Assembly: GCA_048938105.1 (NCBI GenBank)
Contig: JBHLMN010000016.1
Location: forward strand, 83,199-147,198
Direction of reading: 5' to 3'
DNA: 64,000 nt
Origin: Promethearchaeota archaeon
GTDB taxonomy: Archaea > Asgardarchaeota > Heimdallarchaeia > Hodarchaeales > Hodarchaeaceae
In this document: in pieces, positions 10,295-20,179 of the stretch
Layout of the letters: each line of letters starts with the position of its first letter
Position numbering within the stretch: position 1 is the first letter of the stretch
Translations under genes and position numbers: made by a program
Notes under the pieces: model-generated
Databases searched by the model: none
Told to the model about the DNA's origin: nothing
Seen by the model: the letters and a program-made list of their open reading frames with translations, nothing else

Positions 10295-11148
10295 TAATTA
10301 GATTCCTCAGATAAACAAGCAGGAAATTAATTTCCTCTTACTCTAATACTTTTAAAGAATTGTTGTATATATAATTATCAAAAATCTTCTTCAAGCAAGT
10401 TTGTAATCAATTATCTTCAATTAACATTGCTGGCTTAAACTTATAAAACACAAGTTAACCTCTCACGTTACATTAGGTCGATTGATGGACATTCAAAGCA
10501 AGAAAAACATTTTTACAGGTGATAATTCTCCTTTAGGCTTTGTTTTATGTATATCTTAAACTGTCTTTTTCTTCAGGATTTGAAGGGTAATTTCCCTTGA
10601 AACTTCTTCCAAGGGGGATACGAGGAAAAGATTTGGAGTTTTGTAATAAAATCCTTAAAAGAGGTCTTGAGAGATCCAAATTTTATAGTAATTAAGTTTA
10701 AAATCCTTGGTACTTTGCTTTTATACTTTATTTTTAATATTCCTATAGTGACTGAAATCAATGACTTCTTTGCGGATTCTTTTATGTATGGTGATAAATC
10801 AGTCAAGTTTGAACGATATAGGAAAATAATAATAGACAAAAAAAGGCTGATTAAGGTAAATATCATATCTTCATTCTACTGTTATACCTCTAAAGGCTTT
10901 TCTATTCTAATCAAGCTTTTAATAAACTAAAATTATATTCTCTCTTTGGTGAGGTTGAGCTAGTTTAGAATTCTCTTCGTTTTTCGCTTAAAACAACTTC
11001 TCACACCTTTAATGTAATGAAACCTGAATTTAATTGTTTCAAAAAAAACGGTTTTTAATTCTCTTTTCTTATTGACTTAATACTCATTTTTATCCAAGTC
11101 TCTCTTTCTGTCTTTTACTTAGATATAAGATTAATATCTAATTTTTCG

Positions 11149-12183
11149 GTGGACTTGTTGAAATATGGATGCTTAGAATGTGGTGGAAATCTTATTCAAA
11201 CCGAATCTGATATCGTTTGTGTGAATTGTGGATTAGTTGCAAATAAAATTTATGAAAAACCAAATATCCAACTAATAAAAGCTGAAAATAGTTTTGGAAG
11301 CCAATATGCTTCAATAAGCGAAAGACCTAGTGCAATGAAATCATTAGGAACATACATTGGTTCTTATGGAAAAAAATTTTTAGCAGATGCAAAAGGATCT
11401 CAATTAAAAATACCATCTAAACAGCAATTTATGCGATTAAAATCCCTTAATGACATATATCTTCATTTTAATGGCCGTCAGCGGGAGTATCGTGGATTTC
11501 ATTTTCTTACAACGATATGTAGCACTTTACAAATCACAGATGCAGCAAAAGCAGACGCTCTTTTCTTATTTCGAAGTGTTCAATCTCATTTACATGGAAA
11601 AATGAAACTTTCTAGTTTGATTATGGGTTCTCTTTACTTATCGATACGATCTAGAAGAGAAAATATAGAGCTAGCTCGATTAGTTGCAGCTGCTCAAAAT
11701 CGTGGATATTTAATCCTCGGTAAAGATATAATAAAAGCTGCCTCATTAATTAGACAGCATGCTAGAATTCGAGTAAGTCACGTTAAATCAGAGGAGTATT
11801 TGGATAATATTATTAGTCGTCTCCAAAGAGATAATGATATTATAAAACAATTCAAGAAAAAAATCATTATCAATAAGAATGAATATTTTCACTATTTGAA
11901 GCTTGGATCAAAAAGATTACTCATCAATTTTCCTCAATCTGATCGTGGGGGACGTAATCCATTCATTCTTGCAGCAGCAATTATTATTGCTTCAGATATA
12001 TTGTTAGCACGACAAATTTTTTTTCCACACTGTTATAAACGTAAATCTAGACGAGGAATTTTAACACAAAAGCACATTGCTAGAATCTTAAGTATCGCTG
12101 AATTCACATTACGTGAACACTTTTTATTATTAGCAAAACCTCTGATGGAATTGGAAATTCGTAATAACCAATTACCGGTGTGA
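11149..12183 (+). CDS. Divergent transcription initiation factor TFB/TFIIB paralogue
   Basis: N-terminal Zn ribbon CxxC...CxxCG; cyclin-repeat motif GGRNPFILAAA; C-terminal HTH LTQKHIARILSIAEFTLR. Confidence 0.85.
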   Translation: MDLLKYGCLECGGNLIQTESDIVCVNCGLVANKIYEKPNIQLIKAENSFGSQYASISERPSAMKSLGTYIGSYGKKFLADAKGSQLKIPSKQQFMRLKSLNDIYLHFNGRQREYRGFHFLTTICSTLQITDAAKADALFLFRSVQSHLHGKMKLSSLIMGSLYLSIRSRRENIELARLVAAAQNRGYLILGKDIIKAASLIRQHARIRVSHVKSEEYLDNIISRLQRDNDIIKQFKKKIIINKNEYFHYLKLGSKRLLINFPQSDRGGRNPFILAAAIIIASDILLARQIFFPHCYKRKSRRGILTQKHIARILSIAEFTLREHFLLLAKPLMELEIRNNQLPV

Positions 12184-12434
12184 CTAATATAAAGAAAATT
12201 ACATTAAGCTTAAACCAAAACGTTTGAAACCAGAACTAAGTCTATGTTAACCATTGATCTACATACAAGAATTAGATAGTACCTTTAAAGCGATACCAAA
12301 TCAAAAAAATACCTCGAAAACATGATAAACTGTAGTCCATGTCGCTGACTCTTGGGATTAAATAAAAAAATTGGATTTTTATTCCAACATTTAATCCTAA
12401 ATTAACAAATCGAGTAATTTTCTGGTGAATAATT

Positions 12435-13961
12435 ATGGCAGATCTCGAAAGAATGAATTTAGTGGTCACAGGACATGTCGATCATGGAAAATCGACTGGT
12501 TTAGGCCACATGTTATTCCTACTCGGTCAGATTCACGATCCTAAAAAGAAACGACAACCATGGCGTATTGCTGAGAGATACTTTAAAGATAGTAAAGCTC
12601 AAGGTATGGGAAGTTGGTCGTATGCCTGGATTTTAGATCCTCTAATGGATGAAAGAGAACGGGGACTTACAATAAACGTATCTTTCATGGAATTTAAAAC
12701 CAAGAATTTTATTTTCAACCTTATTGATGCCCCTGGGCATAGTGATTTTATTAAGAACATGATAACAGGAGCCTCACAAGCAGATGCTGCAATCTTAGTA
12801 GTTTCTGCAAGGAAAGGGGAATTTGAAGATGGAACTAAAGTAGCAGGAACAGCCTCGGGAAAATATGCAAATGTTATTGGAATGACAACTGAACATATGC
12901 TTCTTCTCACCTCATTGGGTGTTACAAATATTGTAGTTGCAATCAATAAAATGGATGTTGTCGATTATGATCAAAAGCGGTATGAACAGATCAAAGATTC
13001 GATTCATAAAATCTTTACTCAGCTTATGACCGCCCTACAAATAGAAAACAAAGAAAAATATCTAGAAGCAATTAAATATGTCCCAACAAGTGGTTTAGTT
13101 GGAGTGAATGTTCTTTCAAAAGATGTAACGATTAAAAATCTTGAAGGGCATATATCTGCAGCAAAAGCCGGGGGTGGTGATCCTGAATTTATTGGATCAT
13201 TAGAAAAGGAAATAGAAGATATTAAAGCTGGATTTGAATCTTTGTCTTGGTATGATGGACCTTCCTTGCTTGATGCTTTGGATTTACTGGAATCACCTGC
13301 AGTTCGTAAAGAGAAGTTTGCACAGCAGTCAATAAGAATTCCGATTCAACAAACTCTTAATATAGGTGGTGTGGGCACCGTTCTTACAGGCCGAGTTTCT
13401 AGTGGTATTTTAAAACCAAATTCGGAAGTAGTTATTTCTCCTACAAAACAAAGTATTGAGCCTACTCCAATCTCTGTAAAAACCATCCAAGAATTCCATA
13501 AAGACATTCCACAAGCCCTTCCAGGTGATAACATCGGATTTAACATTAAAACCAAAAATATTGGTGCACGAGATATTATTCGAGGTGCAGTGGTTAGCGA
13601 TCCCAAAGATCCTGCAAAAGCTTTAAGACCAAATATCGATGGATTTTTGTCATTCGTTCTTGTAGTGCGTGGATTAGGTAAAAAAGCCAAGAAAAAAGGC
13701 GAAACTTGGGGAATCCATGAGAACTATTCTCCTGTTGTTCACTGTGGTACAGCTCAGGTCGCATGTCGGGTAACACAAGTTCAGGAAAAAGATCAGCTTA
13801 ACCAAGGTGAGAGGGGAATGATTTGGATGACCCCCCTGAATCCCCTAGTAGTTGAACCCTTATCTAAATCCCCTTCACTTGGACGTTTCGCATTACGTGA
13901 TTCTGGAAAAACAGTAGCTGTGGGAGTGGTTCAAAAAATAGAGTTAGGCAAATATGGCTAA
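12435..13961 (+). CDS. tuf: Translation elongation factor EF-1 alpha family GTPase (long, with insertions)
   Basis: GHVDHGKST, ERERGLTI, DAPGH, KNMITGASQAD, NKMD, PGDNIGFN, LGRFALRD. Confidence 0.85.
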   Translation: MADLERMNLVVTGHVDHGKSTGLGHMLFLLGQIHDPKKKRQPWRIAERYFKDSKAQGMGSWSYAWILDPLMDERERGLTINVSFMEFKTKNFIFNLIDAPGHSDFIKNMITGASQADAAILVVSARKGEFEDGTKVAGTASGKYANVIGMTTEHMLLLTSLGVTNIVVAINKMDVVDYDQKRYEQIKDSIHKIFTQLMTALQIENKEKYLEAIKYVPTSGLVGVNVLSKDVTIKNLEGHISAAKAGGGDPEFIGSLEKEIEDIKAGFESLSWYDGPSLLDALDLLESPAVRKEKFAQQSIRIPIQQTLNIGGVGTVLTGRVSSGILKPNSEVVISPTKQSIEPTPISVKTIQEFHKDIPQALPGDNIGFNIKTKNIGARDIIRGAVVSDPKDPAKALRPNIDGFLSFVLVVRGLGKKAKKKGETWGIHENYSPVVHCGTAQVACRVTQVQEKDQLNQGERGMIWMTPLNPLVVEPLSKSPSLGRFALRDSGKTVAVGVVQKIELGKYG

Positions 13962-14024
13962 CTACCTTTTTTTCTTTTTATATCTATATACTCTTCTTTT
14001 TTTCGCAAAAAAAAAAGCCTAGAA

Positions 14025-15368
14025 TTGGCGGGTCACATGACAGAGGCTAAACCAACTATTTCTCTTGTGTGGATTGGACATGTAGACCATGGAAAATCAA
14101 CAACATTAGGGCATTTATTATCCCAAATAGGGGCTATTGATAATCGAATAATGGAGAAATTGAAAGAAGAGGCCATGCAATATCAAATGGAATCGTGGCA
14201 ATGGGCTTATGTTCTCGATTCATTACCAGAAGAAAAAGAACGAGGGATTACTGCAGATGTTGCTTTCTATCCATTTGAGACAAAGAAGAGAAAATTCATG
14301 CTTATTGATGCCCCCGGGCATCGTGATTTTGTGAAAAATATGATTCGTGGTGCAGCACTAGCTGATGCATGCATTCTAGTTGTTAGTGCGGTTCCAAATG
14401 ACCTTAAATCCGGATTGAAAAGTGGTGATTATCAAAATCCAGGGGGACAAACTAGGGAACATGCAGTTTTAGCATCAGTTTTAGGAATTGAACAGATTAT
14501 TGTAGCAATTAACAAAATGGATCTAGTAGATTTTCGAGAGGATCGTTTTCAGCAAGCTACTGACCGAATAAAAGCTTTATTCCAAGAAATTCAATCACCT
14601 TGGAATAAAAAACTGGATGAGATCCCATTCATCCCCATTAGTGGATTCTTTGGGGACAATTTAGTTCAACCTTCTAAAAATTTGAAATGGCACACTGGTC
14701 CCACTTTAATTGAAGCTTTGGATGCATTCGAAGGCTCAGTGTCCAAAGAGAAGTTGGCAATGAGATTTGTAACCTATGATTTGGATGAACGTCATGGTTT
14801 TGGAACCTTTTTATTAGGGAAAGTCTTAGGCTCCTCATTGAGGACGGGGGACTCAGTGAAGGTTTTACCTTTGGGAAATGAATCTGAGGTTAAGGAAACT
14901 TGGATACAAGATGTTAAATCAACATCCATTGACCCTGGTAATCATGGTTCAGTTCTTTTGAGAAATTTGGATAAAAATACATTAGAGGAAGGGATTGTTT
15001 TAGCCCCTAAAGAATTGGATTATCGTTTTGCCTCTCTTGTACACGCAAGATTATTAATTCTTGAGGGATCTTTTGTTCCAGGTTCTTCTTTGATTTTTCA
15101 TTGTGGTACTTCTTATACAACTACCCAAGTTTTAAGAATAACAAGAATTTTGAAGATGAGTCCAAGATTTAAAAAATTATCTCGAAACTTCGAAGGAAAT
15201 ATTACTATAGCTTTTAAAGGTGAATTGATCGAAGTAGAATTGACCCTAGATTCCTCAACAGTCGTTGAAAAATTCTCTGATTTTCCTGAACTGGGTAGGA
15301 TAATACTACGACATTCTGGACAAACTATTGCTGTTGGTATTGTCAATGATATAATAAGAGAGGATTAG
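14025..15368 (+). CDS. Second EF-1 alpha family GTPase (divergent paralogue, HBS1/eRF3-like candidate)
   Basis: GHVDHGKSTT, DAPGHRDF, GQTREH, NKMD, PISG; divergent domains II/III. Confidence 0.85.
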   Translation: MAGHMTEAKPTISLVWIGHVDHGKSTTLGHLLSQIGAIDNRIMEKLKEEAMQYQMESWQWAYVLDSLPEEKERGITADVAFYPFETKKRKFMLIDAPGHRDFVKNMIRGAALADACILVVSAVPNDLKSGLKSGDYQNPGGQTREHAVLASVLGIEQIIVAINKMDLVDFREDRFQQATDRIKALFQEIQSPWNKKLDEIPFIPISGFFGDNLVQPSKNLKWHTGPTLIEALDAFEGSVSKEKLAMRFVTYDLDERHGFGTFLLGKVLGSSLRTGDSVKVLPLGNESEVKETWIQDVKSTSIDPGNHGSVLLRNLDKNTLEEGIVLAPKELDYRFASLVHARLLILEGSFVPGSSLIFHCGTSYTTTQVLRITRILKMSPRFKKLSRNFEGNITIAFKGELIEVELTLDSSTVVEKFSDFPELGRIILRHSGQTIAVGIVNDIIRED

Positions 15369-15513
15369 AATTTCTCTGATAATTTAATTTACCAGTGGTT
15401 GAAAAAAACAATAATATAACAATAATTTTAACTTTCTTGAATTTTTAAGTGGTAGAAGTTATGAAATGAGTGAAAAGTCTCCTATTAGTAGTTAGTAGTA
15501 ATTACACAAAGTT

Positions 15514-16095
15514 CTAACGAGCACTTAAAGCAACTCGCTCAATGTCCTGCTTTTTTTTAATTGCATTAGAATTTGGATTATTAGTAGAAGCTAAAATTAG
15601 TTGCTCTGCAAGGATTTCGTCAAATGTTCGAATACTATTGAAAGATGCCTTTCTTACTGATTGAGCTAATAAGCGTAAAGCTACATCAACCCTACGTTGA
15701 GGAGCGCTATCGACAGCTGTATGATAAACAATTCCACCATATGAGATACGAGTAGTTTCTTCCCTTGGTGCACAGTTCACAATAGCATCAACCAGAACTT
15801 GAATAGGGTTACTCCCAGTTTTCAACTCAATTATTTGAAGGGCAGATTTCACCACATTAAGAGCCAAGATTTTTTTTCCAGTATTCTTCCCAGGACTCAT
15901 TAACTTATTTGCTAAGCGCTCAATAATGTGAACATGTGATTTGTGGAATCGTTTATGTTCATGACGTCCTGCGCTATGTGGAACTAGTCTTTCAGTTAAA
16001 TTAATATAACGAATAAGACTGATATCTTTGACTTCTATCTCTTTACAATCCCAAAGACCAAATATCTTCATTTCTACAGAAGCTACCATTTTCAT
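15514..16095 (-). CDS. rps7: 30S ribosomal protein uS7
   Basis: NPIQVLVDAI, PREETTR, AVDSAPQRRVD, ERVALSAR. Confidence 0.98.
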   Translation of the reverse strand: MKMVASVEMKIFGLWDCKEIEVKDISLIRYINLTERLVPHSAGRHEHKRFHKSHVHIIERLANKLMSPGKNTGKKILALNVVKSALQIIELKTGSNPIQVLVDAIVNCAPREETTRISYGGIVYHTAVDSAPQRRVDVALRLLAQSVRKASFNSIRTFDEILAEQLILASTNNPNSNAIKKKQDIERVALSAR

Positions 16096-16106
16096 CTTCC
16101 ATGCAC

Positions 16107-16430
16107 TTATGTTCTTAACTCGATTTCAACAAAAATCGAACGAGATACATTCAGTCTAATTATTTGACGCATTGTTCTATCATCTGCATCAATGTCTATT
16201 AAACGTTTATGGATTCTTAATTCGTAATCTTCCCAAGTTGCAGTACCTTGTCCACTTGGTGATTTTCTTACTGGTAGTTTTAGCTTTTTTGTTGGTAAAG
16301 GAATGGGGCCTCGCATTTTTACCCCAGATTTTTCCGCAATTCTCTTCATTTCATTACAAATTCCGTCAAGCTGTTCCACATCGGTACTCATTAACCGAAT
16401 TCGTGCCACTGACACCAAGATTAGCTTCAC
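16107..16430 (-). CDS. rps10: 30S ribosomal protein uS10
   Basis: GPIPLPTK, RKSPSGQGTATWEDYELRIHKRLIDI. Confidence 0.98.
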   Translation of the reverse strand: MKLILVSVARIRLMSTDVEQLDGICNEMKRIAEKSGVKMRGPIPLPTKKLKLPVRKSPSGQGTATWEDYELRIHKRLIDIDADDRTMRQIIRLNVSRSIFVEIELRT

Positions 16431-16646
16431 CTATTCGCATATACAATTCTTTCTGCTAGAGTGCTTAACTAGGGAGAATAGTAAGGGGTTATAAGGATTG
16501 TTGGTTTTTATTATAGACCATCCTTTTTTAGATTTTAATTACGAATTATCTTGAAGAATCCAACGATGGATTTAACTGAAACATCATCAAGCAAAACAAA
16601 TCGGCTTTTAAATGATAAGGAATCTTCTAAATTAGTAGGAAAAGAA

Positions 16647-16838
16647 CGCCAGGGGAGGGATTCGAACCCTCGCGTACAAAAAGTACACTGGCTTTCTGGC
16701 GCAGCAATTCATTGCTCTTATGACTCAAGGCCAGCGCCGTATTACAGGGAAATGGATAACCATTAACCCGTCCACTTGGCTTTCGAATTGTAATACCTTT
16801 GTAGATTATAAAGCCGAAAGTATTTACAAAACCCCGGC
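16647..16838 (-). tRNA. tRNA-Ser(UGA) with three introns: 8/9 (16782-16830), D-loop ~20/21 (~16741-16770), 37/38 (16694-16723)
   Basis: Acceptor GCCGGGG/CCCTGGC with discriminator G73; long variable arm GTAC-TTTTT-GTAC; T arm GAGGG-TTCGAAT-CCCTC; removing the three inserts gives an 83-nt cloverleaf. Confidence 0.88.
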
Positions 16839-16860
16839 AAAATGGTTAGTTAATGATTAA

Positions 16861-17313
16861 TTAGGAGGTCTTATAGTCGTACATTACCACAGTTCCGACT
16901 GCTGCGACGAGAGTAAGTATAATCCCCAAGATTAATAATGTAATGGAAGTCCTGATGTCATAAGCAAAACGGGTTGAATGACGAATTAAAAAAAGGCCTC
17001 CTGATCCTATCCCAAAAAATAGTCCAGCTATCAGAGATTCGACCAGAAATTGCTCGCTTGAGGATCTGAAAACAGGTACAAGTTGAGTTGCAGTTTGTCC
17101 CATTGGAAGTGGTTGTTCAGTAAGATTGTAAAGTCCACCAGCTAAAATAAATAGAGTTGCAATGATTATTAAAGCTAAAACATACTTATGAGGCGCTTCA
17201 TAGGGGAGTTCGATATCTGGAACCCTAAAATCGATTGATGGCTTTTTAAGGCCAGGAATCCAAGGAAGCCGGGATAGATATCCCTTTGTTCTTTCAGGTT
17301 GTTTTTTTGGCAT
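16861..17313 (-). CDS. Oligosaccharyltransferase subunit OSTC/DC2-like (OST3/OST6 family), eukaryotic signature protein
   Basis: Three TM helices; AGGLYNL..P and EQFLVESLIAGLFFGIGSGGL resemble the OSTC QYIMEG motif. Confidence 0.75.
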   Translation of the reverse strand: MPKKQPERTKGYLSRLPWIPGLKKPSIDFRVPDIELPYEAPHKYVLALIIIATLFILAGGLYNLTEQPLPMGQTATQLVPVFRSSSEQFLVESLIAGLFFGIGSGGLFLIRHSTRFAYDIRTSITLLILGIILTLVAAVGTVVMYDYKTS

Positions 17314-17551
17314 ATCTATAACCTTTAAGATGAGTTAAACATTGAGATCTCTGACTAATGAACCATTTCTAGGCCAAGATTTCTCAGTATTAGATTTAAA
17401 CACCATTTTTTACTGTGTTAATTGGAATGCAACTGTAGGGGGTTACACTATAGATAAATTTACGTGATGGGGGGCAATGAGTCCAGCTTAATTTCCTTTC
17501 GAAATTCGATGATTATAAGATTAATAGTCCTTTTTATTACCTCTTCTGAAT

Positions 17552-18625
17552 CTAAACACTTTTTTCATTTAGAATTTTTTTAAAATCAATGAGAGCCATT
17601 CCTTCTAAATCTGATATTTTAATCAAAGTCAGAAGCGAAGATTCTTTAGAAACTTCAAGATTCCCAATGTTATCATCATCGTCCATAAACCAGATCGCTT
17701 TCTTTTGTAGAAATTTTGAAAGACTGTTGATTAAAAAAATTCTTTCTGAATCACTTCTTTCATTTAATGATGTTACACCAGTAATCATTGGATATTGAGT
17801 ATTTACTTGATTACTTTTAGGAGATTGATCTATATTTGGTTCAGAAAGGCCATCAAAGGGTTCAGATTTAAACCAAAGGACACTAAATTCTTTATCTGCT
17901 AAATAACTTGCAACTTCCTTTTGTAATTGGGATCTGGGCTTTTTATAACCTTTTAGTGTGTGTTGACCAATGTCCTCGAATTGATTCTCTAAAATATCTA
18001 AGGGAATATCCAAATTGTCTCCAAGGATTTTACTTAAATTTCTAAAATATCTAATCTTAGGAAATCTCTCCCCTTTTTCATATTTGTACAGAGATTGTCG
18101 TGAGATTCCCACCTTCTTGGCAAGAACGGTCATATCAAGCTCTAATCGTTTTCTCCGCGCTTTAAATTTTTCTTTTGACAAATTAACAAAAACTCCACCA
18201 CGATGAGCAAACTTGGAAATTTTAGCTGAATCTAACCCTTTATCGTACTGAAGAAACAATTGCAATGTTTTTATTGAGATTGCAGAAACATTATGTCTAC
18301 GATATAAGGTCGCTGTCTCAATGTCTTTTCCTGCAGCAGAATGAGCCACTAACAAAGGGAATCCAGAAATTAATTTTGAAATTAGTTGCAATTCAATGGA
18401 GGTTTGTTTTTTAAATAAGTCTAAATCTACTAATACTTTTGCTACAATTTTTTGCTGATTTGATCTTAAATCTGTTAAATCATTCTTTTTAGCAATGAAA
18501 TCAAAAGCATTTGATTTAATATTCTCGTTCCAAAGAGAATAGCCTGCATTGATAAATTCTTTCTTTGATTGACCAATTATGTTTTTTTTCGTGACAGTCT
18601 CCTGAATTGACATTAATGATTCCAA
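17552..18625 (-). CDS. Conserved archaeal Xre-HTH transcriptional regulator (COG1395-like)
   Basis: FDFIAKK N-terminal domain, RGGVFVNL, HTH LAKKVGISRQSLYKYEKG. Confidence 0.85.
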   Translation of the reverse strand: MESLMSIQETVTKKNIIGQSKKEFINAGYSLWNENIKSNAFDFIAKKNDLTDLRSNQQKIVAKVLVDLDLFKKQTSIELQLISKLISGFPLLVAHSAAGKDIETATLYRRHNVSAISIKTLQLFLQYDKGLDSAKISKFAHRGGVFVNLSKEKFKARRKRLELDMTVLAKKVGISRQSLYKYEKGERFPKIRYFRNLSKILGDNLDIPLDILENQFEDIGQHTLKGYKKPRSQLQKEVASYLADKEFSVLWFKSEPFDGLSEPNIDQSPKSNQVNTQYPMITGVTSLNERSDSERIFLINSLSKFLQKKAIWFMDDDDNIGNLEVSKESSLLTLIKISDLEGMALIDFKKILNEKSV

Positions 18626-18645
18626 ACACTAATTGATATTGAAAA

Positions 18646-18753
18646 TGGTGGACCAGCCGAGACTCGAACTCGGGGGTTGCGGTCATCCAAGGGTGAACCC
18701 TATGGACACTCCGCCTTGCGAAGGCGGCGTGATACCAACTTCACCACTGGCCC
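18646..18753 (-). tRNA. tRNA-Ala(CGC) with 32-nt intron at 45/46 (18677-18708); CCA encoded
   Basis: G3:U70 pair; anticodon arm CCGCC-TTCGCAA-GGCGG; BHB-like helix GCGG/CCGC. Confidence 0.93.
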
Positions 18754-19053
18754 AATTTTTAAAACATTAAAAGTTTTTTTTGGAGGAAAGAATACATCAT
18801 AATATCTTTTAACTTTGACTTGCTTATGTTTGACAGTCTTTTAAAAGAGTCTAAAAGGTTGTCTCAAAGCTTTGTCTATCATAAAGTTACTCTTATGGAC
18901 TATTAAAGATAGCTATGCGAAAAATGATCCTTGAAAACAACAGATCCTTTTATTTGAAAGAAGAAAGAGTAATGGAAATTTGATTGTCAATCCATCAAAA
19001 CAATCAATTTATTCAGACTAGATCTATAAAAAAGGAAAAAAAGAAGAAAAGTT

Positions 19054-19362
19054 TTAACCAAACAAAGAGGATAAACCGAGATCGTCACCCTCTTCCTCCT
19101 CTTTTTCTTCTTTTGCTTCTTCAGCCTTTGCTATATCTTTCGCATCTTTGACAGACTCTGATGTTCCTGGAACTGCAGCTGTCATCAAAGAGGCCCCTTT
19201 AATAGCTTCGTCAATATCTATGGATGTTAGCGACGCAACAAGGGTTTTTATTTTTGATTCATCTGGTTTTTCTCCAGCAGCTTTTATTATGGCTTCAATT
19301 CCTTTTTCTGAGATTTTCTTACCTGCTGAGTGTAAAACCAAGGCAGCATGTAAATATTGCAA
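19054..19362 (-). CDS. rpl12: 50S ribosomal stalk protein P1/aL12
   Basis: YLHAALVLHSAG; acidic tail ending GLSSLFG. Confidence 0.96.
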   Translation of the reverse strand: MQYLHAALVLHSAGKKISEKGIEAIIKAAGEKPDESKIKTLVASLTSIDIDEAIKGASLMTAAVPGTSESVKDAKDIAKAEEAKEEKEEEEGDDLGLSSLFG

Positions 19363-19903
19363 TTATAGTCACTTCCTCATGATAATGATAAATTATTCTG
19401 TTTTCGAGATTCTTGATAAATCCTAACAGTTTTGCATGCTTTTTTAATTTATTTGCGCATCGCAATGTTAATTAGAACTATCTTACTTCTATTTTTCGTA
19501 TTTTTCGATGTAAGTTTATCTGTGTAATGGAATGGATTCTAGGTGTCTTGCATAGAAATCCAACTTACCTACTATTTGTTGAGCTTTCTGAACTGGAAGT
19601 TGCTGATAATTATTAGAGACATGAAGGAAATAGACCTGGTAACGATAACGAATCCAATTACCAATATTGGATATTATTTAACAAATTTGGTAAATTCCTT
19701 TATTATTGAGGTTCTTTGATATATGATAGAGCCAAGAGATGATTTTGTTCGATTTAATCTAAGACTGTACAAGTAACCAATATTGGTTTATTATCATTTT
19801 ATGTAATCTTTAGAGGATCTAAGTAAAAATAAATTTTGAACTATAAGTTATTTACATTTAAATAACTAAGGATTAATTCTATTCCCCTTTAATATCAATT
19901 AGT

Positions 19904-20102
19904 TGGGGACGGCCGGATTTGAACCGGCGATTTTCGGACACCCTGCTGCAAGCAGTGGTGACACCGAGTTTCCTCATTTTTCCAGAACTTCATCATGAGT
20001 TTCAGTTAACCCAGTGGAGTTCACAGGGGGTTCTGGAGCCCGGCGCGATACTTTTCCGGTCTTACTGGTTCTCAGTAGGACCACTAGCTTCGCTACGTCC
20101 CC
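19904..20102 (-). tRNA. tRNA-Trp(CCA) with three introns: 18/19 (20052-20083), 37/38 (19970-20032), 45/46 (19932-19961)
   Basis: Acceptor GGGGACG/CGTCCCC; D stem GCGA/TCGC; anticodon arm CCGGG-CTCCAGA-CTCGG; 74 nt after splicing. Confidence 0.92.
19970..20032 (-). ncRNA. Intron-encoded box C/D guide RNA predicted to direct Cm34 and Cm39 of tRNA-Trp
   Basis: Boxes C (CTGTGA), D' (CTGA), C' (ATGATGA), D (ATGA); guides GTTCTGGA and CACTGGGTT satisfy the N+5 rule at C34 and C39. Confidence 0.85.
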
Positions 20103-20179
20103 AATAAATGGTGTTCTATTGTTTAATCACTAGGGTAAGTTAGAAGATGTTTCTTTTTAATAATTTTCGGACATTCTTG

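Noticed and set aside
10573-10930. Two overlapping opposite-strand ORFs
   Set aside because: AT-rich, low-complexity translations with no motifs; not rpoF or rpl21e
16694-16730. TCA triplet suggesting tRNA-Sec
   Set aside because: It lies inside the 37/38 intron; the 7/5 stem layout and UGA anticodon indicate tRNA-Ser
16551-16766. 71-aa ORF on the + strand
   Set aside because: Antisense to the intron-containing tRNA-Ser; spurious
17420-17500. Slightly GC-rich intergenic patch with a weak hairpin
   Set aside because: No recognisable tRNA, C/D, H/ACA or SRP features
19919-20107. 62-aa ORF on the + strand
   Set aside because: Antisense to tRNA-Trp; spurious
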